This document shows positions 36,500 to 46,647 of a DNA stretch of 64,000 nucleotides, piece by piece. Source of the DNA: Chloroflexota bacterium (GTDB lineage Bacteria > Chloroflexota > UBA11872 > UBA12225); assembly GCA_947446285.1 (NCBI GenBank), contig CANFGH010000005.1, forward strand, positions 835 to 64,834, read 5' to 3'. Under the pieces are notes generated by a model, which was not told the origin of the DNA, did not search any database, and was given only the letters and a program-made list of their open reading frames with translations. How positions within the stretch are numbered: position 1 is the first letter of the stretch; every line of letters starts with the position of its first letter. A program made the translations under genes and the position numbers.

Positions 36500-38602
36500 T
36501 CAGACGACCGTGTCGATGTTCCTCGCCTCTTCAGCGTGCGCCTCTATCCAGCGTCGCCTTGGGGCAACCTCAGCACCCAGGAACACCTCGATGGTTTCGC
36601 TCGCCGCCGCTGCATCCTGGACATCAACTTGGAAGAGCTTCCGGACCGCCGGGTTCATGGTGGTGTCCCAGAGTTGGGTCGCCGTCATCTCACCGAGGCC
36701 CTTGTAACGGGAAACTTCAACGCGTCCACGGGTGATCCCACGGATCTGGGTATCACGATCCTGATCCGAGTACGCGTAGAGCGTCTGCCTGCCTCCGCCA
36801 ACCGTGATCCGGTAGAGCGGGGGACGCGCAACGTACAGGTACCCGTTCGTCACCAACTCGTTCATATGCCGGAAGAAAAAGGTCAGCAGTAGCGTGCGGA
36901 TGTGACTGCCGTCGACGTCAGCGTCGGTCATGATCACGACCCGGTGATAGCGAAGTTTCGCGACCGAGAACTGGTCACCAATCCCTGTGCCAAGTGCGGT
37001 GATAAGCGCACGAAGCTCCACGCTTGACACAACGCGCGACAACGCCCGTTGCCGGACTTCCGCGGAGACCTCACGTGCCCGGTCAGGCGTGAGGTCATAC
37101 GCCTTCTCGACGTTCAGGATCTTGCCACGGAGCGGCAGGATGGCTTGGAATCCCCGGTCACGGCCCTGCTTCGCGGTTCCGCCTGCCGAATCACCCTCAA
37201 CGATGAACAGCTCCGACTTCCGAGGGTCACGTTCGGAACAATCAGCCAACTTGCCCGGTAGGGCCGACCCCTCGAACGGGCCTTTCCGCATGACAAGGTC
37301 GATGACCTTGCGCGCCGCCTCACGGGCACGCGCTGCCATCAGGCACTGTTCGACGATCGGTCGCGCTTCCTTCGGGTTCTCGTGGAAGAAGTCCTTCATG
37401 AAATTGCCGAATGCAATCTCGACCGCTCCACGCACCTCACTGTTGCCGAGTTTCGCCTTCGTCTGACCCTCGAATTGTGGATCCTGCAACTTAACGCTGA
37501 CAATCGCCGAGAGCCCGCGCCGGACGTCCTCGCCCTTGATGGGCGGGTCGCTCGGCTTGCGCATCTGGTTTTTCTCCGCGTAGTCGGCAATGACCCGGGA
37601 AAGTGCCCGGTGGAAGCCGTGCAAGTGTTCACCACCGTCCGCGGTCTTGATGGTGTTCGCGAAGGCATACACCGTCTCGTCCGCATCCTCGCGATACTGG
37701 ACCGCAACCTCGACACTGACGGGAGCAATCGCGGTTGGCATCGTCCGCACGACGTGAATGACCGTCTCGTGCAGGGTCTTGTACTTGCGGTTCAGGTACC
37801 GGACAAACGAGGAGATCCCTCCTTGGAACCAGAAGTTCGCTTCGTCAGACCGTCGGTCAGGCCGTTCGTCGACAAACGAAAACCGCAGACCCGCAGTCAG
37901 GTACGCCATTTCCCGGAACCGTTCCGACAGGATCTGGAACTGGAACTCCACGGTCGTGAAGATCGTTTCGTCCGGCATGAAGGTCACGGACGTGCCCCGG
38001 CGGCTTGACGCCCCGATCCGCACGAGCTCCCCAACCGCATCTCCACGCTCGTAGCGGCGACGGTAGGCAGAGCCGTCCCGGTGAACCTCAACCTCAAGCC
38101 AACGGCTCAGGGCGTTCACCACTGACGCACCAACGCCATGCAGGCCACCGCTGACCTTGTAGCCGCCTCCACCAAACTTGCCGCCGGCATGAAGCTTCGT
38201 GAAGATCAGATCGAGGGCCGGGACATGGTGGGTTGGATGCATGTCCACCGGAATGCCTCGCCCGTCGTCGCTGACTCGGACTGAACCATCGGCAAGGATC
38301 GCGATGTCGATGCGGGTGCAGAATGAGGCAAGTGCCTCATCAACGCTGTTGTCGACGATTTCATAGACGAGATGATGAAGACCACGGTCGTCGGTGCTGC
38401 CGATGTACATTCCGGGACGGCGCCGCACGGCTTCGAGTCCCTCGAGAACCTGGATCTGCGCAGCCGAATAGGCGCCGGCCGCATCTTCTGGTGCATCCTC
38501 GGTACCTGGTCGGAACGCCTGTTCCTCATCGACTGCCTCAAAAGGCAAGCTTTCGGACTCAGTCACCGTGCGGGCTCCAAAACGTTCATCACCATGTATC
38601 AA
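36500..38602 (-). CDS. gyrB: DNA gyrase subunit B (type IIA topoisomerase B subunit)
   Basis: 700-aa ORF with IQVLEGLEAVRRRPGMYIGST, the GHKL ATPase region, Toprim EGDSAGG, and a C-terminal tail. TTG start at 38602; an alternative GTG lies at 38566. GyrB versus ParE cannot be separated by eye. Confidence 0.9.
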   Translation of the reverse strand: MIHGDERFGARTVTESESLPFEAVDEEQAFRPGTEDAPEDAAGAYSAAQIQVLEGLEAVRRRPGMYIGSTDDRGLHHLVYEIVDNSVDEALASFCTRIDIAILADGSVRVSDDGRGIPVDMHPTHHVPALDLIFTKLHAGGKFGGGGYKVSGGLHGVGASVVNALSRWLEVEVHRDGSAYRRRYERGDAVGELVRIGASSRRGTSVTFMPDETIFTTVEFQFQILSERFREMAYLTAGLRFSFVDERPDRRSDEANFWFQGGISSFVRYLNRKYKTLHETVIHVVRTMPTAIAPVSVEVAVQYREDADETVYAFANTIKTADGGEHLHGFHRALSRVIADYAEKNQMRKPSDPPIKGEDVRRGLSAIVSVKLQDPQFEGQTKAKLGNSEVRGAVEIAFGNFMKDFFHENPKEARPIVEQCLMAARAREAARKVIDLVMRKGPFEGSALPGKLADCSERDPRKSELFIVEGDSAGGTAKQGRDRGFQAILPLRGKILNVEKAYDLTPDRAREVSAEVRQRALSRVVSSVELRALITALGTGIGDQFSVAKLRYHRVVIMTDADVDGSHIRTLLLTFFFRHMNELVTNGYLYVARPPLYRITVGGGRQTLYAYSDQDRDTQIRGITRGRVEVSRYKGLGEMTATQLWDTTMNPAVRKLFQVDVQDAAAASETIEVFLGAEVAPRRRWIEAHAEEARNIDTVV

Positions 38603-38628
38603 ATTTTACATTATTAAGGAGAGGAGAG

Positions 38629-39270
38629 GTGAGACCCCTGCCCCGGATCTTCTTTGACAGTGACGCCCGTGACTTGGCTATCCACCTCCTTGGCCGACAT
38701 CTTGTCCGTACATCCGCGGACGGCGACCCGCATTCGGGAGCCGTTGCAACCATCGTGGAGACCGAGGCATACCTCGGTTCACATGACCTCGCGTGTCATG
38801 CCTGCCGCGGGCGCACACCGCGCACGGCGACGATGTTCGGTCCCCCGGGCCACGCCTACGTCTCCCTGATATGCGGCATGTACCGCAGCCTGAACGCGGT
38901 GACCGGCCCCGACGGAACCGCCGGTGCCGTGCTCATCCGGGCCGTGTGGATCGACCACGACGAACCGTCACGGCAACGCGCGCCGTACCCCGGCAGCGGA
39001 CCAGGTCGGCTCACCCGCGCGCTTGACGTCACACGGCGCCACGACACCGCTGACCTGTGCGAGGTGTCTTCGCAAATCCACGTCGTATCCGGCCCGACGT
39101 CAATTGCCCAGACGCACCCTGAGCATCCCTATCGGTGCGGTCCACGCATCGGCGTCAATTCCGCAGGCCCGGAGTGGGCCGGGAAACCGCTCCGCTTCTG
39201 GCTGGAAGGACATTTCGCAGTATCCGGAACACGCAAGCGAAATCGGGCCGGAGAGCGATGCGCCAATTGA
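38629..39270 (+). CDS. mpg: DNA-3-methyladenine glycosylase (Mpg/AAG family)
   Basis: GTG at 38629 preceded by the purine-rich AGGAGAGGAGAGG. Pattern FF..DA..LA..LLG..L...IVETEAY.G..D.A.HA..GRT.R...MFGPPGHAYV. The upstream part of the track ORF is antisense to gyrB. Confidence 0.85.
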   Translation: MRPLPRIFFDSDARDLAIHLLGRHLVRTSADGDPHSGAVATIVETEAYLGSHDLACHACRGRTPRTATMFGPPGHAYVSLICGMYRSLNAVTGPDGTAGAVLIRAVWIDHDEPSRQRAPYPGSGPGRLTRALDVTRRHDTADLCEVSSQIHVVSGPTSIAQTHPEHPYRCGPRIGVNSAGPEWAGKPLRFWLEGHFAVSGTRKRNRAGERCAN

Positions 39271-39290
39271 CGTTGCGGCGAAGGTGCTGA

Positions 39291-40193
39291 TCAGTCGGCC
39301 GGGTGGTAGGTCACCCCGAATGCACCCGGACCGGCATGGGTACCAAGAACCGGGCCGATTTCGACGCTGAACTCCCGCTCAACGTCGAACCGCGCCAGAA
39401 CCCTTCGACGCAACTCGTCGCGGACCTCTGGCGCTTCGGCGTGCATCAGGCCAAGGTGACCAAGACGCCCGCCGGGCACGTCCTGCGCCATCAATTCCAC
39501 GATCCGATCAAGGGCGCGTGGTCGGGTCCGCACGCGCTCTCGCGCAGTCAGGTTTCCGTCAGCCAATGACAGGATGGGGCGGACATTCAACACGCCCCCA
39601 ATGAACCCGGCAACCCGACCAAGCCGACCACCTCGTATCAGGTACTCCAAGGTCTCGACACTGACCATCGCGTTCGTGCGTGGGGCCAACGTCGCAATCA
39701 GGCCAAGGATTGCCTCAACCGACTCTCCGCGTGCGGCCGCCTCGGTCGCAGCAACAACCACCATGCCTTGGGCCGGTGCGATCACCTTGGTATCGAATAC
39801 TTCGAACCGGACGTCGGGAAACTCCGAGCGGGCCATCCCGGCAGCCACCTGGGCCGATCCGAACGTCCCACTCAGCTTGGCGGACGCGTGGATCGAGATC
39901 ACCGCACCCGCGGTTGGTGCGATGCGTCGATAGGCGTCAAGGAATTCTCCCGGCGATGGCTGCGATGTGGTCGGCTGAACCGACCCCGTGCGAAGCCTGC
40001 GGTAGAACTCCTCGTTCGTGATGTCCACGGTCTCCGTGAACTGTTCATCGCCAAACGAAACGTGAAGGGGAACCACCGTGACGTCATACTGGTGCAGAAC
40101 ATCGGCCGGAAGCCATGCGAGACTGTCGGTGACGATGCGGATCGGCTTGTGTGCCCCGGACGTGGCGGCGTCGATGGCGTTCTCGGTCATCAT
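39291..40193 (-). CDS. DegV family fatty-acid-binding protein
   Basis: IRIVTDSLAWLP...VVPLHVSFGDEQF N-terminal DegV pattern. Met-Met start at 40193 within the longer track ORF. Confidence 0.85.
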   Translation of the reverse strand: MMTENAIDAATSGAHKPIRIVTDSLAWLPADVLHQYDVTVVPLHVSFGDEQFTETVDITNEEFYRRLRTGSVQPTTSQPSPGEFLDAYRRIAPTAGAVISIHASAKLSGTFGSAQVAAGMARSEFPDVRFEVFDTKVIAPAQGMVVVAATEAAARGESVEAILGLIATLAPRTNAMVSVETLEYLIRGGRLGRVAGFIGGVLNVRPILSLADGNLTARERVRTRPRALDRIVELMAQDVPGGRLGHLGLMHAEAPEVRDELRRRVLARFDVEREFSVEIGPVLGTHAGPGAFGVTYHPAD

Positions 40194-40360
40194 GTCCCCC
40201 CTGAGCCGTTCGAGCCGGGCAATGGTCAAGGTCAAACCGACGCCTGAACCCACACCCGGCATCTCCAGTGCTGGCCGCACGAGTTTACAATTTCCATGGC
40301 CCGAACCTTCACGCAACAGACAGCCCGATACCGCTCTGAACCGGTCGTGGGTCAACCCTG

Positions 40361-41623
40361 ATGCCTGACGAACCGTTGATGTCGAACCAGCCCGAGGATT
40401 TGGCCGGGCGTACCGACGACGCCGGTCTCGCACCCCTGTTGTCGCCCCTCTTCCACTCGCGCGTGGTAGCCGACCAACACTATCAACGTGGTTTGGACCA
40501 GGAATTGCGTGGTCAATGGGACCGCGCCCTCACAAGTTTCCGGACCGCTTGCGCGTTGCATCCCGAACGCATTCTCTACCTGCTGGCGCGAGGACGCGTC
40601 TGCCAGACGCATGAGCTCGATCTCGAGGCCGAAGATTGCTACGAACACGCGCGCCGCGTTGCCCCCCGGAATCCGGTAGTGCTGTTCAACCAGGCCGAAC
40701 TCTGGGCACGTCACGGACGGCTCGCGATGGCCATCGAGAACCTCGAGGACATCCTGTCTGACGGAAGTCGCCACCTTGGCGCACGCGCAATGCCCGTGCA
40801 CCGGCTCCGTGGCGAGTTGGCCCTGCGTACCGGCGACTATTCACGAGCCGACGAGGCATTCAGGACCGCACTTATCCTAGTGCCCGAGGATGCCTACCTC
40901 CGCACACTAGCCCAGGGCGTGCCTCGCTTCGCCGAGTTCACTCTCGACAGCGACGCCCTGTCGGGGGCGAAGCAGTTGGTCTATGCCCACGCTGGAGCGA
41001 TGCTCTTCGGGCTTCTCGAAGACGATGGCGTCATGATCCCCGAATATCCTGGCATCGGTTTCGAGACGCTTGACGAAGTCGCCGAAGTCATCGCGCGCCC
41101 TGCACGGACCCTCCAGCATCTCGGGGCGCCAGCCTACATCGGCGCGCTGGATGCGCCGTCGCTACCGATCGCCCAGGCGATCACCGACGTGCTGGGAGGC
41201 AAGCTTTTCGACCCGTCAGCGCCCACTCAAGATGCCGCCGAGGGCAATACGTCGGTCCTTCTGGTGACCGTGAACGCGTACGATCCGGAGGCCATCGATG
41301 CTGTCGCCAACCGGTTGACGGAGCAGGGCCAGACCGTTTGGACCTACGCAATCGGCCTGCGTCACCCCGCTGGTGCGTATCACGGAACGATTGACCTCAT
41401 CAGTTCGACGGGATTCGTGGAGGTGCCATGGGATGCACCCAGCCGCGAGACCAGCCTTCCCAAGGGAGAGTTGGGGTCCCAATTGGCGTCTTGCTTGCGC
41501 CGTGCAATCGTTGCGCTCCCCACGGTGACAACCGTCTCATCACATCTGGCGTGGCATGCGAAACATCACCGCTTCGCATCGCAATCCTTGCGGGATGCGT
41601 TTGCCCAATCCGGCATTTGCTAA
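40361..41623 (+). CDS. TPR-repeat protein with uncharacterised C-terminal domain
   Basis: 420-aa ORF. The N-terminal ~190 aa show TPR-like helical repeats. No motif recognised in the C-terminal ~220 aa. Confidence 0.6.
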   Translation: MPDEPLMSNQPEDLAGRTDDAGLAPLLSPLFHSRVVADQHYQRGLDQELRGQWDRALTSFRTACALHPERILYLLARGRVCQTHELDLEAEDCYEHARRVAPRNPVVLFNQAELWARHGRLAMAIENLEDILSDGSRHLGARAMPVHRLRGELALRTGDYSRADEAFRTALILVPEDAYLRTLAQGVPRFAEFTLDSDALSGAKQLVYAHAGAMLFGLLEDDGVMIPEYPGIGFETLDEVAEVIARPARTLQHLGAPAYIGALDAPSLPIAQAITDVLGGKLFDPSAPTQDAAEGNTSVLLVTVNAYDPEAIDAVANRLTEQGQTVWTYAIGLRHPAGAYHGTIDLISSTGFVEVPWDAPSRETSLPKGELGSQLASCLRRAIVALPTVTTVSSHLAWHAKHHRFASQSLRDAFAQSGIC

Positions 41624-41679
41624 ACTTTGGGAACGTAATCTGTGTGCGCCGGTCGGGCGCGACCCGTCGGAGTATTCTT

Positions 41680-41814
41680 GTGAAGCGAACCTGGCAACCC
41701 AAGCGCCGCCGCCGTTCCCGCGTCCACGGATTCATGAAGCGGATGAGCAGCGCAAACGGGCGACGCGTCCTGCGCCTGCGTCGTCAGAAGGGGCGCAAGC
41801 GCCTTACCGTCTGA
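41680..41814 (+). CDS. rpmH: 50S ribosomal protein L34
   Basis: 44-aa reading (GTG start) [44 protein letters not shown], the canonical L34 sequence pattern. Embedded in the longer track ORF 41428..41814. Confidence 0.9.
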   Translation: MKRTWQPKRRRRSRVHGFMKRMSSANGRRVLRLRRQKGRKRLTV

Positions 41815-41869
41815 CCTGTGTTGACGCCCGGCTTCCTGCCGGGCACTCCTCTTCCCCGGACTTGAGAAG

Positions 41870-42250
41870 GTGATTCCGCGCGCTCATCGACTTCGCCGGA
41901 ATGCGGATTTCACGAGTGTTCGAAACGCTGCCCGTCCTCACAGCACCGGACCAATCCAGATATCCGCGTTGACGCGCAAACCCACCAGTTCGGTCACCTG
42001 TGCGAGGATCGGGATCGTCGTGTCGCGACGCGTTGGAAACGCGGTAGTCCGCAACCTTGTTCGCCGCCGCCTGAGGGCCGCCCTCAGCGCTCTGCTCCCA
42101 CGTGTCGCCGAACGGTGGGACATCGTCATCGGTACGAGGCCGTCTGCGGCCTCCGCACCGTTTGAGCAACTCGCGTCGGCCTTGGAGAGTGGGTTGCGCC
42201 GGGCTGGTGTCCTCATCCATCCACCGGCGAGGATTGATCGCACCCCGTGA
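41870..42250 (+). CDS. rnpA: ribonuclease P protein component
   Basis: 126-aa basic ORF with the RLRRNADF and [19 protein letters not shown] (RNR-motif) pattern. Follows rpmH. Confidence 0.85.
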   Translation: MIPRAHRLRRNADFTSVRNAARPHSTGPIQISALTRKPTSSVTCARIGIVVSRRVGNAVVRNLVRRRLRAALSALLPRVAERWDIVIGTRPSAASAPFEQLASALESGLRRAGVLIHPPARIDRTP

Positions 42251-42489
42251 CGGACGATGGGGCGCCCCAAGGTATCGCCTCTCGCCTTGCCATCGCAGGC
42301 ATTCGCGCAGTCAGGTTCGTGCGCACCGCCATCTACCCGGCTCGGCTCTGCCGTTACCACCCGACCTGCACGGAGTACGCAATCGAAGCGATAACCCGTC
42401 ATGGTATTCTGCGAGGAACGACGCTCGCGCTTGGCCGGATTTCCCGATGTCACCCCTTCAATGCCGGTGGCCTTGATCCCGTCCCCTAG
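42247..42489 (+). CDS. yidD: membrane protein insertion efficiency factor YidD
   Basis: 80-aa ORF with the [17 protein letters not shown]...G..LAL.RI.RCHPF pattern. GTGA overlap with the rnpA stop. Confidence 0.85.
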   Translation: MTDDGAPQGIASRLAIAGIRAVRFVRTAIYPARLCRYHPTCTEYAIEAITRHGILRGTTLALGRISRCHPFNAGGLDPVP

Positions 42490-42623
42490 CGTGTCGCGAA
42501 GTTTCCCGCCGAACTTCCGATCCTACGGGTGCCCTGTGCGCCACACTGTGTGACATCGCCTGCCCGAAGTCGGGCAAGCGCCACGCAACCGCCATCCGGA
42601 CGCGTCTTCTGCATCCGGCGGGG

Positions 42624-43550
42624 GTGCACGCGGCGCGAGGAGTACTAGCGTTGCCTTCGTTCGTAGTCGTTCTGTGGGACAGCCTCCTTGTCCACCCATT
42701 GGTGGTCGGTCTCATCTACCTCAGCAGCCTGTTCGGCGCCGGCGTCGCAATCATTCTGTTCACGATCATCGCCAAAACCATCCTCCTGCCTCTGACCATC
42801 AAGCAGTTGGGTTCGCAGCGCGCGATGACGCGTCTGCAACCGGAACTGAAGGCCCTGCAGGCGCGGTACGCCAAGGACAAGGAAAAACTTTCCGTCGAGA
42901 CCATGGCGCTTTACAAAGAACATGGGGTGAACCCGGCGGCCGGATGTCTCCCCCTGCTACTCCAGATGCCCATCCTCTTTGCGCTCTACGCCGCCTTGCA
43001 GTCCCTTGCGTCTCCTGAAGCATCGTTGGATGAACCCCGGGCTTGGCTCAGTGCCCTCGGGATGGATGGCGCCACGTTTGAGACAGCCATTACTTCGTTC
43101 AAGCAAGGGTTCTGGTGGCTCGAAGGCCTAGACAAGCCCGATGTCATAAATGTCTTCGGTTACGCATTGCCGTTCATCCTGCCCGTCCTCGCGGGGCTCA
43201 CCCAATGGGTTCAGCAACGGATGATGACCCAGCCGTCATCCGATCCGCAGCAGCAGATGCAGAACCAGATGATGCAGTTCATGCCCCTGATGATGCTTTG
43301 GATCGGGCTTTCGGTAAACTCGGGACTCGCACTCTACTGGGTGGCACAGAATCTTTACGGGATCATCCAGCAGTACTTCATCGGCGGTCTGGGGTCGCTT
43401 GCCACGGTCCGCCTACCTGGCACTTCGACATCCGCGGCGACGGTCATTGACGACACGCCACCGGCATCCGGCAAGGCTCGACGCGTGAACGGCGCAAACC
43501 GCTCCAGCGGTTCCAATGGCGGTGATGGGAGGCGAACTGGTGGCAAATAA
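42624..43550 (+). CDS. yidC: membrane protein insertase YidC (short, monoderm-type)
   Basis: 308-aa ORF. Multiple TM helices, conserved KQL.SQRAM..LQPE...LQ..YK.D and GCLPLLLQMPILFALY motifs, basic C-terminal tail. Confidence 0.85.
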   Translation: MHAARGVLALPSFVVVLWDSLLVHPLVVGLIYLSSLFGAGVAIILFTIIAKTILLPLTIKQLGSQRAMTRLQPELKALQARYAKDKEKLSVETMALYKEHGVNPAAGCLPLLLQMPILFALYAALQSLASPEASLDEPRAWLSALGMDGATFETAITSFKQGFWWLEGLDKPDVINVFGYALPFILPVLAGLTQWVQQRMMTQPSSDPQQQMQNQMMQFMPLMMLWIGLSVNSGLALYWVAQNLYGIIQQYFIGGLGSLATVRLPGTSTSAATVIDDTPPASGKARRVNGANRSSGSNGGDGRRTGGK

Positions 43551-44283
43551 TGTTGTTTCAGTCGTTGAGACTTCGGCACGATCGGTCGAGATCGCAATCA
43601 CTCAGGCGCTGGCCGAATTGGGTCGCACCCGCAACGAAGTAACCGTTTCGATCATCGATCCGGGTAATCCGGGGCGCATGCTCGGGTTCGGAGCGCAGCC
43701 AGCACGCGTGCGAGTCTCCGTGCGTGTTCCGGGAGACGAGTCTGAGGAAGATGAGCACCCCCAAGACACCGGACACGAAACCGTTCACCACGAGGCAACA
43801 TTTGCGCCGCTACCACGCGGTTCTGCAGATGCAACCGCCGTCGCCGAGACCGCCCGGCGGATACTGAGTGAGCTTCTGCATCACATGCATTTTGATGAAG
43901 CCCACATCGAAGTCGTGGAACTTGAGCCACTGACCCTCAATGTGCGTGCGCCAGACGCGGCCGATCTCATCGGTCGCCGGGGCGAGACACTCCGGGCAAT
44001 CCAGTTCATCGTCGGGATCATGGTCAACAAGGCACTCGACACCCACGTGCGGATCACCATTGACATCGACGGGTACCGGGCGCGCCGCGAGGTGCTCCTC
44101 CGGGACCTTGCACTCCGGTTCGCCAGCCGCGTCATCGCCACCGGGGCACCGGTCCAATTGGAGGCCATGCCCCCCAACGAGCGCCGGATTGTCCACATGG
44201 TACTTGCCGAACACCCGGATGTGGCCACGGAAAGCACTGGCGAAGGCGACAACCGGCGCATCGTGATCATGCTCCGCCACTAA
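43516..44283 (+). CDS. jag: Jag/SpoIIIJ-associated RNA-binding protein (Jag_N + KH + R3H)
   Basis: KH-like IGRRGETLRAIQFIV and R3H-like ERRIVHMVLAEHPDVATESTGEGDNRRIVI. Start uncertain: GTG at 43540 has a GGGAGG upstream, and ATG 43516 overlaps the yidC end. Confidence 0.8.
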   Translation: MAVMGGELVANNVVSVVETSARSVEIAITQALAELGRTRNEVTVSIIDPGNPGRMLGFGAQPARVRVSVRVPGDESEEDEHPQDTGHETVHHEATFAPLPRGSADATAVAETARRILSELLHHMHFDEAHIEVVELEPLTLNVRAPDAADLIGRRGETLRAIQFIVGIMVNKALDTHVRITIDIDGYRARREVLLRDLALRFASRVIATGAPVQLEAMPPNERRIVHMVLAEHPDVATESTGEGDNRRIVIMLRH

Positions 44284-44295
44284 GTGCGCCGGTGA

Positions 44296-45171
44296 ATGGG
44301 TAACGACACGACCCCGGAAATACTTGTCCTCGGAAATGTGACCCGTGACGTCGCCTCTGGCACGCCCGATGGGTTCACGTTTGGTGGCACGGCAACGTTC
44401 GCCTCACTCACTGCAAGCCGACTTGGACGGCGTACCGCGTTGGTGACGGCCGCCGCGCATGAACCCGGTCTTCCTGGAACCCTCCGGGATGTCGACGTAG
44501 AGGTCGTATGCTCAGCAGCCACCACCACGTTTGAGAACGTCTATACCCCAACCGGTCGCGTCCAATACGTCCGCGCCGTTGCCTCCCCCTTGGTCCCAGC
44601 CAACATTCCTGACGCATGGCGCCGTGCACCCATGGTCCACTTTGGCCCGATTGCCCAGGAGCTGACCCACGACCTGCTGGAAGTCTTCCCATCAACCGCG
44701 TTGATTGGCGCAACCCTACAAGGGTGGTTGCGTGCATGGTCTCCTGACAATGGACGCGTGAGCCCTGTCGCGTGGCGGCATGCCGAGGCCTACCTGGACC
44801 GCCTTGATGTCATCACGTTCAGCGCCGAAGACCTCGGCGGAGATATGGTTCTCGTCGAGGAGTACGCGACACGCGCCCGCCTCGCCGTGGTGACCGAGAA
44901 CCGTCATGGTTGCGTTGTCTGGCAGCACGGAACGCGTCGACGCTTCCCGGCCTACGACGTCGAGGAAGTCGACCCAACCGGTGCCGGCGATGTATTCGCC
45001 ACCGCCTTCCTGATTCGCTTTGGGGAGACGAGGGACATCGAAACGGCCGCGCAGTTTGCAAACTGCGTCGCTTCGTTCGTGGTTGAGGGACGCGGGGCGG
45101 AGGCCATCCCGAGTGGGGCAATGGTAGGGGAGCGCCTACGCGATGGGAGCCTCCGGCCTCCGGGAAGCTGA
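44296..45171 (+). CDS. PfkB-family carbohydrate/nucleoside kinase
   Basis: 291-aa ORF with the C-terminal DPTGAGDVFATAFL PfkB signature. Confidence 0.8.
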   Translation: MGNDTTPEILVLGNVTRDVASGTPDGFTFGGTATFASLTASRLGRRTALVTAAAHEPGLPGTLRDVDVEVVCSAATTTFENVYTPTGRVQYVRAVASPLVPANIPDAWRRAPMVHFGPIAQELTHDLLEVFPSTALIGATLQGWLRAWSPDNGRVSPVAWRHAEAYLDRLDVITFSAEDLGGDMVLVEEYATRARLAVVTENRHGCVVWQHGTRRRFPAYDVEEVDPTGAGDVFATAFLIRFGETRDIETAAQFANCVASFVVEGRGAEAIPSGAMVGERLRDGSLRPPGS

Positions 45172-45306
45172 TTGTTGCCCACCCGCCGTTTCCCGGGGTT
45201 GGCGTTCACCCGGTTCACTCGGTAGTCTCTACCGTTGGGGGTGCGGACGCACCCGAAAACCCGACCACAGGCAATCCACGTCCGTCTCCACCTGAAAGGA
45301 AAAACA

Positions 45307-45693
45307 ATGGCCAAGACCTTCAAGGACCTCGTCGCCGAGGGGCGCGCCGTTGCCCCGATGATCAGCATCGATCACGCCGAGGCCCAGATGGCTTCGCACC
45401 CTGAGACCATCGTCATCGATGTGCGTCAGGAAGAAGATTCTCACGGGAACGCCGTTGCCGGTTCGATCAACATTCCTCTCGGCCTGCTTCCGTTACGTGC
45501 AGATACCGAATTGCCCGAACACTACCGGGACGCCCGCCTCCAGGATCGTTCCACTCCGATCATCACGACATGCGGCGCGGGCGGACAGGCATCACTCGCC
45601 GCCAAGGTCCTCCATGACATGGGGTTCACGAACGTAAAGATCATGGAAGGCGGAACGACTGCGTGGAAGAACGCCGGCAAGCCGATCCACTGA
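45307..45693 (+). CDS. rhodanese-like domain protein
   Basis: 128-aa reading from ATG 45307. Active-site loop TTCGAGGQAS, then MEGG..AW. Confidence 0.8.
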   Translation: MAKTFKDLVAEGRAVAPMISIDHAEAQMASHPETIVIDVRQEEDSHGNAVAGSINIPLGLLPLRADTELPEHYRDARLQDRSTPIITTCGAGGQASLAAKVLHDMGFTNVKIMEGGTTAWKNAGKPIH

Positions 45694-45777
45694 CCAACGG
45701 GCACGCAAATCTTCCGGCCTTCCGCTGAGCGGGGCTGACTCAACCCCGGTCCTCTTCAACTCATTTCTCACAAGGAC

Positions 45778-46242
45778 ATGGCAATGATTAAAGTAGGTGA
45801 TGCCGCCCCGGACTTTTCCCTCATGGGGACCGATGGCAAGATGCATTCCATCAGTGACTACCGGGGCAAGGCTGTCGTCCTGTTCTTCTTCCCGAAGTGC
45901 TTCACCGGAACGTGCGAACGGCAGATCAGCGGTCATGCGCAGCACATTGCAGAATTCGATGCGCTCGGGGCCAAGATCATAGGCGTCAGCACCGATCATT
46001 CCCCGTCCCAGAAGGCCTTCAAGAAGGGGTGTGACCCGGACGACCACATCCTCCTCCTGAGCGACTTCCGGCATCAGCTTGTCAAGTTGTTCGCAGTAAA
46101 CGTCGATGAGGGCCAACTTCCGAACCACCGAGCAACGTTCATCATCGACAGCCACGGGATTGTCAGGAGCGCACACGTAGAGGCGTCTCCGGCCGACTGG
46201 GCGGGTATCGAACCTGAGCTCGCCGCCCTCCGCGCACTCTAA
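45778..46242 (+). CDS. peroxiredoxin (AhpC/TSA, Bcp-like)
   Basis: 154-aa ORF with GDAAPDF...[15 protein letters not shown] containing the peroxidatic Cys context. Confidence 0.85.
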   Translation: MAMIKVGDAAPDFSLMGTDGKMHSISDYRGKAVVLFFFPKCFTGTCERQISGHAQHIAEFDALGAKIIGVSTDHSPSQKAFKKGCDPDDHILLLSDFRHQLVKLFAVNVDEGQLPNHRATFIIDSHGIVRSAHVEASPADWAGIEPELAALRAL

Positions 46243-46317
46243 CCGCAACCGAAACACGTTCACTCTCGATACCGCACGGGCCCCGTCTGCGAAGGCGTCG
46301 GTGCGATATCGCGTTTT

Positions 46318-46647
46318 ATGGGGGCGCAGATGAGTGGATTGGTCCGCATACAGGTTGATACACCGGGACTGCTGGATGCAATCCTCGCGTACGTCAACGA
46401 TCCACGCGCCGATCGAAACGCCTTTCACACCGACTTGCTGTCGGACGACCTCGAGCACCAACTCGGGTTGACGCAGGACATCCTTGAAGCACTACTTCTC
46501 GACGGGGCATCGACCCGCGAGGACGTCGAACCGCTTGTCGGCTACCTTGTCACCTACGGCGTGGCTGGGGTCGCCGGCACGCCCGGTACCGCAATCGATG
46601 GTGTTCCATCACCATCATCACCAGAGGCGAGCGCCCCGCGGGTCTGA
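46318..46647 (+). CDS. hypothetical acidic protein
   Basis: 109-aa ORF with a coding-like codon pattern. No motif recognised. Its 3' end overlaps the 3' end of the convergent histidine kinase ORF by 94 nt. Confidence 0.4.
   Translation: MGAQMSGLVRIQVDTPGLLDAILAYVNDPRADRNAFHTDLLSDDLEHQLGLTQDILEALLLDGASTREDVEPLVGYLVTYGVAGVAGTPGTAIDGVPSPSSPEASAPRV

Noticed and set aside
38596-38628. AT-rich patch between gyrB and mpg, and the 40194..40360 spacer, as a candidate oriC or DNA-unwinding element.
   Set aside because: The patch is only about 26 nt and is explained by divergent promoter and RBS sequence. There are no clustered DnaA-box matches; the best nearby is a 6/9 match (AACCCACA). No dnaA gene is in the window.
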